From a delta proteobacterium MLS_D (GTDB lineage: Bacteria > Desulfobacterota > Syntrophia > Syntrophales > UBA2210): 64,000 nt of DNA. The DNA is taken from the NCBI GenBank assembly GCA_002030015.1, contig LQBH01000002.1:20396-84395 (forward strand). Reading direction: 5' to 3'. Positions 63,367-64,000 of this stretch are shown here, in pieces. The notes under the pieces are model-generated. The model was given only the letters and a program-made list of their open reading frames with translations. It had not been told where the DNA came from and did no database searches. The translations under genes and the position numbers were made by a program. How positions within the stretch are numbered: position 1 is the stretch's first letter; the number at the start of each line of letters is the position of its first letter.

Positions 63367-63759
63367 ATGACGATCAAGCGATACTACGCGACGGGCAGGA
63401 GAAAGACGGCGGTTGCGCGGGTGTGGATGCAGGAAGGAACGGGCGAGTTTATTGTCAACAAGAGAAAATTCGATGATTATTTCCGGCTTGGAACAGTAAA
63501 ACAACAGGTGAACCGGCCGCTGGACGTTACGGATAAGCGGGGGAAACTCGATTTCCTGGTGAATGTCCGCGGAGGGGGTGTTTCCGGACAGGCAGGCGCC
63601 ATTAAGCACGGTATTTCAAGGGCGCTGGTGGAATATGACGAGTCATTGAAACAGACATTGAGAAAGTCCGGGTTCCTGACCCGTGATGCGCGGATCAAGG
63701 AACGGAAAAAATACGGTCAGCCCGGCGCGCGCAAGCGGTTCCAGTATTCAAAGCGATAA
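63367..63759 (+). CDS. rpsI: 30S ribosomal protein S9
   Basis: [13 protein letters not shown].....G.G...VN and GGG.SGQAGAI.HGISRAL...D...R..L...[14 protein letters not shown]...ARK.FQ.SKR. Confidence 0.96.
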   Translation: MTIKRYYATGRRKTAVARVWMQEGTGEFIVNKRKFDDYFRLGTVKQQVNRPLDVTDKRGKLDFLVNVRGGGVSGQAGAIKHGISRALVEYDESLKQTLRKSGFLTRDARIKERKKYGQPGARKRFQYSKR

Positions 63760-63779
63760 AAACAGGTGGAGAACTATAC

Positions 63780-63802
63780 GGGGGCTGCGGCCCCCTTTTT
63801 TT
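63780..63802 (+). terminator. intrinsic terminator after rpsI
   Basis: GGGGGC-TGCG-GCCCCC hairpin followed by TTTTTTT. Confidence 0.6.
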
Positions 63803-63815
63803 GATAGGAAAGGCC

Positions 63816-64000
63816 ATGATCAGGACGGGAATCTACGGGGCAAGCGGGTACACGGGCCAGGAGTTGCTGCGGTTGCTGCTGCGGCATCCCGATTGCGAGG
63901 TAACGGCCCTCACGTCCCGGCAGTACAACGGGAAGCCGGTTGCTGACATTTACCCCCATTTCAGAAAAATGACGGATCTCACTTTCATGGATGCGTCGCC
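63816..64000 (+). CDS. argC: N-acetyl-gamma-glutamyl-phosphate reductase (5' fragment, runs off window)
   Basis: My translation is [49 protein letters not shown]..., a typical ArgC N-terminus. The frame is open to the window end. Confidence 0.8.
   Translation, partial: MIRTGIYGASGYTGQELLRLLLRHPDCEVTALTSRQYNGKPVADIYPHFRKMTDLTFMDAS

Overview
This 64-kb window is core chromosome from a Gram-negative bacterium. LptD is present, and the gene order and anaerobe-type gene content resemble Deltaproteobacteria/Desulfobacterota-like lineages, but that placement is inference only.

Layout:
- 5' third, + strand: hisI-hisG-hisB-(lipoprotein)-hisA, a HIT protein, yqeY, dnaG-rpoD, xseA-xseB-ispA-dxs-tlyA-ispH (isoprenoid cluster), a second lipoprotein, a small ferredoxin absent from the ORF track, and tmk-holB-PSP1-metG.
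- Middle: fbp-fba-gap and tpiA-secG-tRNA-Leu lie on the - strand. A + strand archaeal-type (type II) GAPDH homologue separates them, followed by a Memo/AMMECR1 fusion gene.
- 3' half: an uninterrupted ~29-kb translation/transcription supercluster. It runs tRNA-Thr/Tyr/Gly/Thr, rpmG, tRNA-Trp, secE-nusG-rplKAJL-rpoBC-rpsLG-tuf, then the S10, spc and alpha operons. After it come a small beta-barrel protein, folC, lptD, rplM-rpsI and the start of argC.

I saw no IS elements, integrases, CRISPR arrays, toxin-antitoxin genes, restriction genes or other recognisable defence genes. I do not see a convincing multi-gene novel system in this window.

The items most worth a second look are single-locus oddities:
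- a primary sigma factor with a strongly non-canonical region 4.2;
- an IspH fused to a UbiA-like membrane domain;
- an archaeal-type GAPDH homologue inserted in the glycolytic cluster;
- an intrinsic terminator plus a ~240-nt spacer between rpsJ and rplC;
- fusA missing from the str operon;
- an orphan Memo-AMMECR1 fusion.

All family assignments come from motif recognition by eye. No database search was run.
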